62,402 nucleotides of DNA from an uncultured Gammaproteobacteria bacterium (GTDB lineage Bacteria; Patescibacteriota; Microgenomatia; Daviesbacterales; UBA10151). The translations under genes were made by a program, and so were the position numbers. The DNA lies in the NCBI GenBank assembly GCA_964392925.1, contig CAYMRP010000002.1:2244-64645 (forward strand), given 5' to 3'. Every line of letters starts with the position of its first letter. Positions within the stretch are counted from its first letter, which is position 1. The notes under the pieces were generated by a model. It was given only the letters and a program-made list of their open reading frames with translations, was not told the DNA's origin and did not search any database. Shown here in pieces: positions 36,431 to 46,744 of this stretch.

Positions 36431-37552
36431 TTAAGTCAGAACCTCCTCCAATTTATTCTTATCTAGAGCATCTTTAATCTGCATTGCTAATCTTTTTCCA
36501 GCAGTAATATTAGTGCCATACAAATATCCAGAATATGGAGTAGCTGCAATCCCCGGACTTCCTGGCATTCTAGGAGAAACATCAAAAACAATAATTTCCT
36601 TTTTAGGCGGACCTGGAATAATCATTGTCTGCAAACCAAAAGGACCAATAACCGGCAGTCCTAATTTTTTACATCCATCAACAAATTTCTGACCCATCTC
36701 AAAAGCCGGCTCGAGTAAACTCTCTAACACAGTCACCGCAATATGCCCCGCTTCTTCGAATTTAATTCCCATATGTTGTCGTAGATATTTTTGCTCTGCA
36801 GCTGGTAATTTTGTAAAACCCTCTAAATTTGTTTGTCTTCTGGTGTCAGTTCCCAAAAGTTCGAGACGATCGTTTACTGGATCATAGAAGAAATTAAAAT
36901 TTACTTGAACCCCAACTAAGAATTCTTCAATCACAGCCTCACTTAGTGCCTCATTAGTAAAGGTTTTCTTTCCTATGTAAAACTCTGAGGCTTTATCAAA
37001 TTCTTCTTTAGAATTAACTAGAAAAAATGCCCTCTCAAATCCTCTCTCTTTTTCTAAAACTTTAACAATAACTAATCGGTCTATTTCATCAGGACTTTTG
37101 AAAGCTTTAGGATAACGGATGCCTGCTTCATCCATTATTTTATACTGATCAATCCCCTTACCCGTTCCTCTTTCCTCACTTCTTAAAAGTTTTCGATTTC
37201 CAAACATCGGAACCATAAAATCATTTTCAATTGCATCATAATCATTTATATAGACTTCAAAAGACCTGTGGGGAACGAATATTGCATTTTTATCACGAAG
37301 TATTTTCTGATTCGCTTCTTTCAAAAGGTCTTTAAAGTTCTCAAGTTCCAAAACCTCATCAACACATCCTAGTCCATCTTGTGATTTGTAATATTTTGAA
37401 TAAGGAGCACCTCTGCCTTTTTGAGTAATAACTAATGTTTTAAATCCTAAATCTTTTGCTCCCCGGCAAACATCTAGTGCGGAATGAGATCCCAGAACAG
37501 CAACTGTTATGTTGTTTTTATCATATCCCTCTAGTAATTTTTTTATATCCAT
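36431..37552 (-). CDS. purP: Archaeal-type FAICAR synthetase (PurP, ATP-grasp)
   Basis: N-terminus ITVAVLGSHSALDVCRGAKDLGFKT and overall PurP-like pattern (from memory of Methanocaldococcus PurP). Confidence 0.8.
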   Translation of the reverse strand: MDIKKLLEGYDKNNITVAVLGSHSALDVCRGAKDLGFKTLVITQKGRGAPYSKYYKSQDGLGCVDEVLELENFKDLLKEANQKILRDKNAIFVPHRSFEVYINDYDAIENDFMVPMFGNRKLLRSEERGTGKGIDQYKIMDEAGIRYPKAFKSPDEIDRLVIVKVLEKERGFERAFFLVNSKEEFDKASEFYIGKKTFTNEALSEAVIEEFLVGVQVNFNFFYDPVNDRLELLGTDTRRQTNLEGFTKLPAAEQKYLRQHMGIKFEEAGHIAVTVLESLLEPAFEMGQKFVDGCKKLGLPVIGPFGLQTMIIPGPPKKEIIVFDVSPRMPGSPGIAATPYSGYLYGTNITAGKRLAMQIKDALDKNKLEEVLT

Positions 37553-37618
37553 TTATGCAATTATTAAACTGTTAAATAGCTACATTGCTAACAATTTAAC
37601 AATGCAGCAATTTAGCAA
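37553..37618 (-). repeat. Intercistronic hairpin region (12-bp stem) sharing a block with 36353..36430
   Basis: On the minus strand GCTGCATTGTTA-AATTGT-TAGCAATGTAGC forms a 12-bp stem including two G-U pairs. Confidence 0.6.
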
Positions 37619-38644
37619 TTAATCCAATACTTTATCTAATTCGCCTTTTTCAATTGCAATTTTAATTTCTCTGGCAATTCTTCTTCCTGTACTCATCGGT
37701 TCATCATAATTCAAATCAGAGTATGGAGATCCGCCTATATATAACGAAGTTCCTGCCACGATTCTTCCTGAAATCTCAATACAAAACAATCTTTGATCAG
37801 GAGTAATAACAGTCTCTAAGCAAAACGGACCAAACAATCCTCGTCCTCCCATTAATTTTTTAGAAGCCTCAACCACTCTTTCACCCATTGCATAAACTTC
37901 TGGAAGTAAAGATTCTCGGATAATTAACGGCTGGTTTCCAACTACAACATATGAAGGCTCAATATCCAGTCCCTGCTGACCATGCAAAGGAATTCTTCCC
38001 AAAGAATCAACATTTGTTTCATAACGCCTATCCATCGACATAACCTCTATTTGATTAGTAATTGGTGAATAAAAATAAGCTACATAAAGAGTTACACCAA
38101 TAATATATTCCTGAATTACGTATTGCTCAGTTTTGAAGTTTTTAATTTTCTTTTTAAAATCTGCTTTATCTCTTGCATAAAAATATCCTTTACCTCCAGC
38201 AGCTCCATAAGTTTTAACAATAACCGGATAGGTCACATCATCAAGTTCATCAAACTGACGGGGTACGTTAATCCCGGCCTTTTTAAGCCAATCTCTCTGC
38301 ATGATTCTATCCTGCTCCCAATCCAAAACTGTTTTATTTCCAAAATAAGGAATCTGTAATTTTTTATTATTCTCAGCACCCAAGTAGGCTACGAAGGATC
38401 CATGAGGAATTAAAATGACATCTTCTTCCTGCTTTAATTTTCCCTCAATTACCTCGTATTCTGAAAGAGATTTAACAGTTAAAATTTTATCTATGAATTT
38501 GAATCTTTTGTAGAAATCAACTCGATCTAAAGGAGACACAATTAAAGTCTTAAAGCCTTCATCTTTTGCGCCTTTGAGTATTTGCAGCGCAGAGTGGGAA
38601 CCAAGAGTAGCTATCGTGTATTTAGCTGTATCATCATTTCCCAT
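37619..38644 (-). CDS. purP: PurP paralog (archaeal-type FAICAR synthetase family)
   Basis: YTIATLGSHSALQILKGAKDEGFKT. Tandem with the other purP. Confidence 0.8.
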   Translation of the reverse strand: MGNDDTAKYTIATLGSHSALQILKGAKDEGFKTLIVSPLDRVDFYKRFKFIDKILTVKSLSEYEVIEGKLKQEEDVILIPHGSFVAYLGAENNKKLQIPYFGNKTVLDWEQDRIMQRDWLKKAGINVPRQFDELDDVTYPVIVKTYGAAGGKGYFYARDKADFKKKIKNFKTEQYVIQEYIIGVTLYVAYFYSPITNQIEVMSMDRRYETNVDSLGRIPLHGQQGLDIEPSYVVVGNQPLIIRESLLPEVYAMGERVVEASKKLMGGRGLFGPFCLETVITPDQRLFCIEISGRIVAGTSLYIGGSPYSDLNYDEPMSTGRRIAREIKIAIEKGELDKVLD

Positions 38645-38746
38645 TTTGTACTTATATATCTTACCAAATCAAACCTAAATACTGAAGAGCAATATTCTAA
38701 CACTATGGGATTTACAAGTCAATTAATTTAATTTGCCACTGCTTGA

Positions 38747-40048
<1,302 letters not shown>

Positions 40049-40054
40049 CCAAAA

Positions 40055-40819
40055 CTACTCTCCTCTCACATTACCCCTTAATGAATTGGCTCTGTAAAAG
40101 TCTGAAGGTGAAAAAAACTTCGAACCTCCTACCTTTACATCCAGTGTTCTTGCTTCAACTGGTGCCGACAATCCTGTTTCAAATGCTCCTAATACATCCG
40201 ATCTATATGCCTCCAATGGTTTCACACTATCTTTCCTATATTCTGGAACTAGAATATTTGCGATACTAAATGAATCAAAAGTTTTTGGATTGGCGGCTTT
40301 AATCTCCCTGAGAACTGCATTATGAGAGGAAGTTCCTGGCTCAGCATCATTTACAACAACCAACAAACTCCCCTCGGGTATAGCAGCCCTTATACTTAGC
40401 ACCTCTCTATTATTTCTACTCTTCATTGCCAATCCATCCAATACTTCTTCACACCTCAAGGAGGCAAATTTCAGCAATGGATACTCCCTATAATTCAGTT
40501 TCTCGGGAGGAATGAGATTTACACCAGACCCCTGCATTATAAAAGCATTATCCACCTGTCTTACTATTGCTTCCAATGTTCTAACCACTGCATGATTAGG
40601 CTTTAACTGATCGACAGCATCCTCATAGGCTGTAATATCTCCTTCTCCCACTAGACCACTGCTCTGCTTCACCATTTCTCCCCCAAATCCAATTTGGAAA
40701 AGTGGACCCTCATAATCAACCACCATAACCATTTTAGAATATCTTTGGGCCAACACTTGTGCCTCCAGAGCAACACTTCCAACTCGCTTTTCCCAATTTT
40801 CGTATTCCTTTATATCCAT
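40055..40819 (-). CDS. Hypothetical protein (254 aa, no recognisable family)
   Basis: Starts 3 nt after the guaA stop. Its stop lies 6 nt from the convergent purA stop. 14 Lys in 254 aa by my count. Confidence 0.6.
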   Translation of the reverse strand: MDIKEYENWEKRVGSVALEAQVLAQRYSKMVMVVDYEGPLFQIGFGGEMVKQSSGLVGEGDITAYEDAVDQLKPNHAVVRTLEAIVRQVDNAFIMQGSGVNLIPPEKLNYREYPLLKFASLRCEEVLDGLAMKSRNNREVLSIRAAIPEGSLLVVVNDAEPGTSSHNAVLREIKAANPKTFDSFSIANILVPEYRKDSVKPLEAYRSDVLGAFETGLSAPVEARTLDVKVGGSKFFSPSDFYRANSLRGNVRGE

Positions 40820-40822
40820 AAT

Positions 40823-42349
40823 CTATTCCCACTCCATAGTCGCTGGAGGTTTCGTCGTTATATCATAAACCACACGATTTACTTCCTTAACCTCAGTCAC
40901 AATCCTATTAGAAATCTGCTGCAATAACCCCCATGGCAATTTTGCAAAATCTGCACTCATCGCATCTTTTGCTTCAATTGCCCGAACCGCAATTGTATCT
41001 CCATAAACACGCGCATCTCCTCTAACCCCGGTCGTTTTAATTCCGGTGTAAACTGCAAACGTTTGCCATAAATTATCTGTTAGCCCAAAATTCTCAACCT
41101 CTTCCCGAACTATTTTATCTGCTTGTCTTAAGATCTTTAAATTATCACGATTCACATCCCCTATGATTCTGACTGCCAGCCCTGGTCCAGGAAATGGCTG
41201 GCGTTTTGTTATTGCCTCCGGCATCCCTAAAATTTGTCCCACTTTTCGCACCTCATCTTTATAAAAAGTTCTAAGTGGTTCAACTAAGGCAAAATCCATT
41301 ACATCCGGTAGCCCTCCAACATTATGATGAGATTTTATATTAGCGCTATGTTTTGTTCCCTGTGATTCAATTACATCAGGATATATTGTCCCCTGAACCA
41401 AAAATTTAGCACCCAGCTTCTTTGCCTCTTTTTCAAAAACTCTAATAAATACTTCTCCAATTTTCTTGCGTTTTGTTTCCGGATCAGTAATTCCTTCTAG
41501 CGCTTTCAAGAATTCCTCCTGTGCATCAATAATCACTACTTTCATATCATAATGCTCTTTAAATACCACTCTAAGTAAATCTGTCTCGCCATCTCTCATT
41601 AGTCCTGAATCAATATAAAAGCAAGTTAAATTTTCTCCAATTGCTTTATGAACTAATAGGGCCGCAACAGACGAATCAACTCCGCCCGATAAAGCACAAA
41701 TCGCTTTCTCATTTCCTAGCGATTCACGGATATCATCAATTAACCCTTCGACAAATATCGAATCCAATTCCTGTCTTTGAGGTTCTGTGCCGCTAATCTT
41801 AAGAAAGTTTTCTAAAATTTTCTCACCGAATTGAGTATGAACAACTTCAGGATGAAATTGTAATGCATAAATTTTCCGTTTTTCATCAGCAATCGCTGCC
41901 ACTTGAATTGTCTTTGTTTTACCTAACACTTTGAATCCTTTCGGGGCTTTTTTTACCTCATCCCCATGATTCATCCAAACTGCAAATTCTTCAGAAACAC
42001 CTTCAAAAAGCGGCGAATCGTTTTCTCTAATTAATTTTGCCGGCCCAAATTCCTTAATCTTCCCTTCTTTAACATCTCCACCTTCAAGCTGATGAGCAAT
42101 TAATTGCTGTCCATAACAAATACCTAAAATTGGAATTCCTAATTCATAAATCTGAGTTTCTATTGTCGGTGAATTACTGCTAAAGACAGAAGCCGGTCCG
42201 CCTGAGAAAATAATTCCCGCAGGACTCTTCTCTGCAATGTGAGTCAAAGCGTCCTCTGGTTCCACAACCATTACAGTTTGTCCAAATTCCCGAATTCTTC
42301 TTGATATTAAATGTGCAGTTTGTGATCCAAAATCAATGACAATAATCAT
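40823..42349 (-). CDS. guaA: GMP synthase (glutamine-hydrolysing)
   Basis: GATase ICYGQQ, PP-loop SGGVDSS, C-terminal PPATMEWE. Confidence 0.95.
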   Translation of the reverse strand: MIIVIDFGSQTAHLISRRIREFGQTVMVVEPEDALTHIAEKSPAGIIFSGGPASVFSSNSPTIETQIYELGIPILGICYGQQLIAHQLEGGDVKEGKIKEFGPAKLIRENDSPLFEGVSEEFAVWMNHGDEVKKAPKGFKVLGKTKTIQVAAIADEKRKIYALQFHPEVVHTQFGEKILENFLKISGTEPQRQELDSIFVEGLIDDIRESLGNEKAICALSGGVDSSVAALLVHKAIGENLTCFYIDSGLMRDGETDLLRVVFKEHYDMKVVIIDAQEEFLKALEGITDPETKRKKIGEVFIRVFEKEAKKLGAKFLVQGTIYPDVIESQGTKHSANIKSHHNVGGLPDVMDFALVEPLRTFYKDEVRKVGQILGMPEAITKRQPFPGPGLAVRIIGDVNRDNLKILRQADKIVREEVENFGLTDNLWQTFAVYTGIKTTGVRGDARVYGDTIAVRAIEAKDAMSADFAKLPWGLLQQISNRIVTEVKEVNRVVYDITTKPPATMEWE

Positions 42350-42350
42350 A

Positions 42351-43154
42351 TTATTTAAAATAGTTTATCCCATTCTTAAACACTTGCATACCAGGTCCTT
42401 CTATCGGAGCCTGAATTCCTTCTCTTTTAAATTTTTCTTTTAAAAGAGGGGCATCTGGTCTCTGATTAAAAAATAGTGCCCTTTCCGGATGAGGCATTAG
42501 TCCAAATATTCTTCCTGTTTCATCAGTAATCCCGGCTATATCCTCTAAAGAGCCATTTGGGTTTGGCTCGAGATCCTGATATTTGCATATATCCCCTTCA
42601 AAATACTTTAAAACCGCCAACCCTTTCGAATTAATTTGCTTGAGCGTTTCGCTATCTGCGTACAACCTTCCCTCACCATGAGCAATCGGACAGGAAAGTT
42701 CATCCATCCCCAAAAGCCACGGACTCTCTTGACCTCCAACTTCCAAATCCACCCACCTATTCATATACCTAGCAGTTTTATTATGCTGCAAAGCCACCTG
42801 ACGGGAACCATATTCCATCTTCAATGAGGGCACCAAGCCCAGATTTGTCATAATCTGAAAACCATTACAAAATCCAATTACTAATTTGTCTTCAGCAATA
42901 AATTTCTGAAGATCTTCCCATAAATGATCACGAACCCGGTTAGCAAATGCTTTACCAGAACCTGTATCATCTCCAAATGAAAATCCTCCGGGAAAAACTA
43001 AAATCTGGAAGTCCTCCATTTTAACTTTTCTATCAATTAAATCATTAATATGAACAATCTTAGATTCTCCACCAACCGCGTCAAAAGCAAACGCTTCTTC
43101 TTCTTCGCAATTTAGTCCATACCCTGATAAAACTAATACTTTTGGTTTATTCAT
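42351..43154 (-). CDS. purQ: FGAM synthase, glutaminase subunit
   Basis: GFCNGFQ catalytic Cys, MPHPER. Confidence 0.9.
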   Translation of the reverse strand: MNKPKVLVLSGYGLNCEEEEAFAFDAVGGESKIVHINDLIDRKVKMEDFQILVFPGGFSFGDDTGSGKAFANRVRDHLWEDLQKFIAEDKLVIGFCNGFQIMTNLGLVPSLKMEYGSRQVALQHNKTARYMNRWVDLEVGGQESPWLLGMDELSCPIAHGEGRLYADSETLKQINSKGLAVLKYFEGDICKYQDLEPNPNGSLEDIAGITDETGRIFGLMPHPERALFFNQRPDAPLLKEKFKREGIQAPIEGPGMQVFKNGINYFK

Positions 43155-43186
43155 TTATTTTTCGAGCAGAGCGAGAAAATACCTCT
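43155..43186. repeat. ~30-nt intergenic motif, copy b (purL-purQ spacer)
   Basis: TTATTTTTCGAGCAGAGCGAGAAAATACCTC immediately upstream of the purQ ATG. Confidence 0.75.
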
Positions 43187-43193
43187 CGCTATG

Positions 43194-46100
43194 CTACCAA
43201 TCTTTGAATCTTTTCTTATATGAATCCAGTACATCCTCAACTTTTATTGAAACAATCTCTTTCGCATCAAGTCCTTTAATTTTAATAGCATCAATCTGCG
43301 AAACCTCACCAATCAAGGAAAAAGAAATGTCCTTCATAATACTTTCAAATTTTAGCTTATTTTTCGGATCTATCGTTAGTAGAATTCGTCCTGTTGATTC
43401 AGAAAACAAAACCTCCTGATCTAAATTAACTTTTCCTACTATTTTCTTTAAATCAACATTAACCCCTAATTTACCGGCAATTGCCATTTTAGATAAAGCC
43501 ACCCCCAAGCCTCCCCGGTTAATTCCTATACCTGAACTCACTAAACCTTTATCAACAACTTTTGCATATTGCTGATAAATATTAAGATTCTTTTTAGGAT
43601 CAGTAGCTGGTACTTTTCCTCCTTGATATCCAAGTTTAGAAAAATACTCACTCCCACCCATTTCATCAAAAGTTTCTCCCAAAATGTAAATTAAATCTCC
43701 GGCAAATTTAGCATCAATAGTTACAGCCTTATCAACATTTTCAACAATACCAATTGATGAAATTAAAAGAGTTGGTGGTATAGATATTTTTATCTCCGAA
43801 CCTTTTTCATCAAAACCCTTAAAATCGTTAAACATTGAATCTTTCCCGGAAATCAAAGGAGCTAAATAAGCGACAGATAAATCATACACCCCTTCACAAG
43901 CTCTTTTTAATTGGCCCAAGCGTTCTGGCTCATTCGAAGAGCACCAGCAAAAATTATCTAACAGTGCAATTTTATCTGGATTCGCTCCAGCAACTACGGC
44001 ATTTTTAAATGCTGTATCAATAGAAGCTGCAGCCATTCTATACGAATCCATTTCCGAATAAGTCGGATACATTCCTTGTGATAAAGCTAGTCCTCTATCT
44101 GATTTATATAGCGGTTTTACAACCGCTGCTTCAGTATTAACCCGGCCTCGTCCTTGAACTGGAGAGGTGACAGCAGTTCCTTGAACTGTATGGTCATATT
44201 GAGTTGATAGAAAATCATATCCGGATATGTTCAACCGGTGCATCATTTGGAGAAATGCATTATTTAAATCTTCTTTAGTATTTATCTTTAACTCTTTAGA
44301 GACTTTACTCACCAGCCTTGATTCTTGACTCTTTCTCGGCAATCCCTCATGCAAAAATTCTAAATCCAAATCCATAATGACTTTCTCGTCATATTTAACA
44401 ACGCACTTATTAGATTTAGTAAATTCTCCAATCACCCATGCATCCACACCCCGTGACTTCATTAGTGCCTCAAATTTATCCCATTTATTCTTTGGGACAG
44501 CTAGAGTCATTCTTTCCTGGGATTCGGAAATCCAAATCTGCCACGGATCAAGTCCATGATATTTTAATGGCACCTTTTCTAAATCTATTTCCACTCCCCC
44601 AGATTCTTTAGCCATTTCCCCAACCGATGAAGATAGTCCTCCAGCACCGTTGTCAGTTATAGAATTATAAAGCCCCAAATCTCTCGCCTCTTTTGCAATT
44701 GCATCAGAGAATTTTTTCTGCGTAATTGGATCACCAATTTGTACCGCCGAAGACGGCGAGCCAGTATGCAAAGATTCAGATGAAAAAGTTGCTCCGTGTA
44801 TGCCGTCCAGTCCCACTCTACCGCCAATCATAACAACATAATCTCCATTTTCCGCTTTCTTTTCCCATGATTTGCGTCCTTTAGTTTTTTTAGGGATCAG
44901 TCCAACAGTTCCGCAAAACACAAGCGGCTTTCCCTTGTATCTATCATCAAAATACATAATTCCCATTGGAGTTGGGATTCCTGATTGATTTCCTCCGGCA
45001 TTTACTCCAGCGATTACTCCTTCCATAATTCTTTTTGGAGCGAGCATTACCTGAGTTTTTTGAGCATCTCTATAAATTGGGGTCGTATCATTAGGATCGG
45101 CAAAACAAAATGCATATGTGTTAAATGCCGGCTTAGCTCCCAACCCAAATCCTAGCGAATCACGGTTTACGCCCACAATCCCTGTTATAGCTCCACCAAA
45201 TGGATCAAGCGCTGAAGGAGTATTATGAGTTTCAACTTTGTGAGTTACTAGATAATCATTATCAAATTCTATCGCCCCAGAATTATCTTTAAAAACTGAA
45301 ACAGTGATATCTTTCTTACCCCTTATTGCTTTAATTTTTTGCGTTGCTGCCTTTATATAAGTTTTATAAAGCCCTTCTTCTACTGAGACAGCAGGAGTTC
45401 CGCTCAAATCAATGATGGGATCTGCAAAAATTGTATGTTTACAATGCTCGCTCCAGGTTTGAGCTAAAGTTTCCAGTTCTATATCCGTCGGTTTTCTTCC
45501 TACTTTTATAAAATATTCTTTAATCGCCTTCATGTAATCCAGATCAAGAGCCAGTGGTCCGCGTCTGACATTATCTTGTCCGACAATTCCTTCTTTTCCG
45601 ATCCTTAAAAGTTCCTCATCGGAGACATTCAAATCAATTTCCAAAACTTCTTTCTCTCCACTCATCGATACTTTAGGAGCAACGAAATCCATCCCACCTA
45701 TCTTTTTATATTCGTCTAAGCTTTTGATATGAACTCTTTGAATGAGTGGATTGTATAAACTATCTGCAATATTATTAATCTCACTTTCCGATAATTTACC
45801 TTCAATTAAAGTAACTTGTGAAGAATATACATCCTCAGAATCAGAAAATTTAATTTTCAAATGATCCTCAATCATTTGTTTCGTTGTCTTTGCAACATTA
45901 TCTGTAACCCCGGGTAAAAAACCTACTTCAATGGCCCAATCAAATTTAGGTTTTGTAATACCCTCACCATTCACATAAATCTCTTTCTCATCCTTGACCC
46001 TTATCTTTGCATATTCAATTACGGGATTAATTAGGATGCTCCCAATCGCCTCGAGTTCTGAATTTGTCAGTTTTTTTTCAGTAGTGTAAATATCAACTAA

Positions 46101-46211
46101 AGTTATAGAAGAAATTTTTTTGCCTAAATGGAAATTATTGGAGAAATTTTTTTGCCGAACCGTCGCCCTTGTGTCAGTAACTTTTTGATAAACAGCAATT
46201 CTTGAAATCAT
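43194..46211 (-). CDS. purL: FGAM synthase subunit II with an N-terminal PurS-like extension
   Basis: SEHCKH and ETHNTPSALDPFGGA motifs. About 250 extra N-terminal residues contain FLPGVTDNVAKTT (PurS-like). ATG at 46211 avoids overlap with the upstream ORF. Confidence 0.9.
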   Translation of the reverse strand: MISRIAVYQKVTDTRATVRQKNFSNNFHLGKKISSITLVDIYTTEKKLTNSELEAIGSILINPVIEYAKIRVKDEKEIYVNGEGITKPKFDWAIEVGFLPGVTDNVAKTTKQMIEDHLKIKFSDSEDVYSSQVTLIEGKLSESEINNIADSLYNPLIQRVHIKSLDEYKKIGGMDFVAPKVSMSGEKEVLEIDLNVSDEELLRIGKEGIVGQDNVRRGPLALDLDYMKAIKEYFIKVGRKPTDIELETLAQTWSEHCKHTIFADPIIDLSGTPAVSVEEGLYKTYIKAATQKIKAIRGKKDITVSVFKDNSGAIEFDNDYLVTHKVETHNTPSALDPFGGAITGIVGVNRDSLGFGLGAKPAFNTYAFCFADPNDTTPIYRDAQKTQVMLAPKRIMEGVIAGVNAGGNQSGIPTPMGIMYFDDRYKGKPLVFCGTVGLIPKKTKGRKSWEKKAENGDYVVMIGGRVGLDGIHGATFSSESLHTGSPSSAVQIGDPITQKKFSDAIAKEARDLGLYNSITDNGAGGLSSSVGEMAKESGGVEIDLEKVPLKYHGLDPWQIWISESQERMTLAVPKNKWDKFEALMKSRGVDAWVIGEFTKSNKCVVKYDEKVIMDLDLEFLHEGLPRKSQESRLVSKVSKELKINTKEDLNNAFLQMMHRLNISGYDFLSTQYDHTVQGTAVTSPVQGRGRVNTEAAVVKPLYKSDRGLALSQGMYPTYSEMDSYRMAAASIDTAFKNAVVAGANPDKIALLDNFCWCSSNEPERLGQLKRACEGVYDLSVAYLAPLISGKDSMFNDFKGFDEKGSEIKISIPPTLLISSIGIVENVDKAVTIDAKFAGDLIYILGETFDEMGGSEYFSKLGYQGGKVPATDPKKNLNIYQQYAKVVDKGLVSSGIGINRGGLGVALSKMAIAGKLGVNVDLKKIVGKVNLDQEVLFSESTGRILLTIDPKNKLKFESIMKDISFSLIGEVSQIDAIKIKGLDAKEIVSIKVEDVLDSYKKRFKDW

Positions 46212-46254
46212 CAATTTCAGCCTTATAATATATGAATTTAGCTTCCAAAACAAG

Positions 46255-46698
46255 CTACCTGTTGTTCCAAGGAAAGGCAGCAATACTAGATGGTCGCTTG
46301 TTTATCGGCGCCGGTTCATACAAACCTGTCAACCAGTTCATTGCAACAGAAAACTCTGTTTCATCAGGTAAAACCGCATCAACACCCCATTTCTGAGCTG
46401 TTCTATTAAATCTTTCGGTCCTTAGCAAAGTCACTAAGCCCACGATGCCTCCATTCCTCACTGCTAATCTTGCTAAATCATTTGCTTTTCTATCCCCAGA
46501 TCCTCGTGTCCAAATCAAATACACATCCCTAGAACGCCCGTCAGCTGGATAATTATGCTCAGGAAAAATAGAACTTGGTTTTTGTGGCCTCTCGATAAAT
46601 TCTAGATCCCTCTTCTTAGCCTCTCTCGCAAAGGCCCACAAAGTTGAGCCTCGCTGATGTGGCAATAGGATTATTGAACCAATTCGTTCTCTATACAT
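46255..46698 (-). CDS. Hypothetical 147-aa protein between purH and purL
   Basis: ATG at 46698 (MYRERIG...). The track's longer version overlaps the purH 3' end. Alternating hydrophobic strands SIILLP / VYLIW / IVGLVTLL / VDAVLP suggest an alpha/beta fold. Confidence 0.5.
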   Translation of the reverse strand: MYRERIGSIILLPHQRGSTLWAFAREAKKRDLEFIERPQKPSSIFPEHNYPADGRSRDVYLIWTRGSGDRKANDLARLAVRNGGIVGLVTLLRTERFNRTAQKWGVDAVLPDETEFSVAMNWLTGLYEPAPINKRPSSIAAFPWNNR

Positions 46699-46744
46699 GA
46701 TTAAATTATAACAATTAATCCTATAGGTATCAACAAAAGGATAA

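Noticed and set aside
43155-43186. The 30-nt motif as a sigma-70 promoter
   Set aside because: On the coding strand, no acceptable -35/-10 pair with 16-18-nt spacing can be placed relative to the adjacent ATG.
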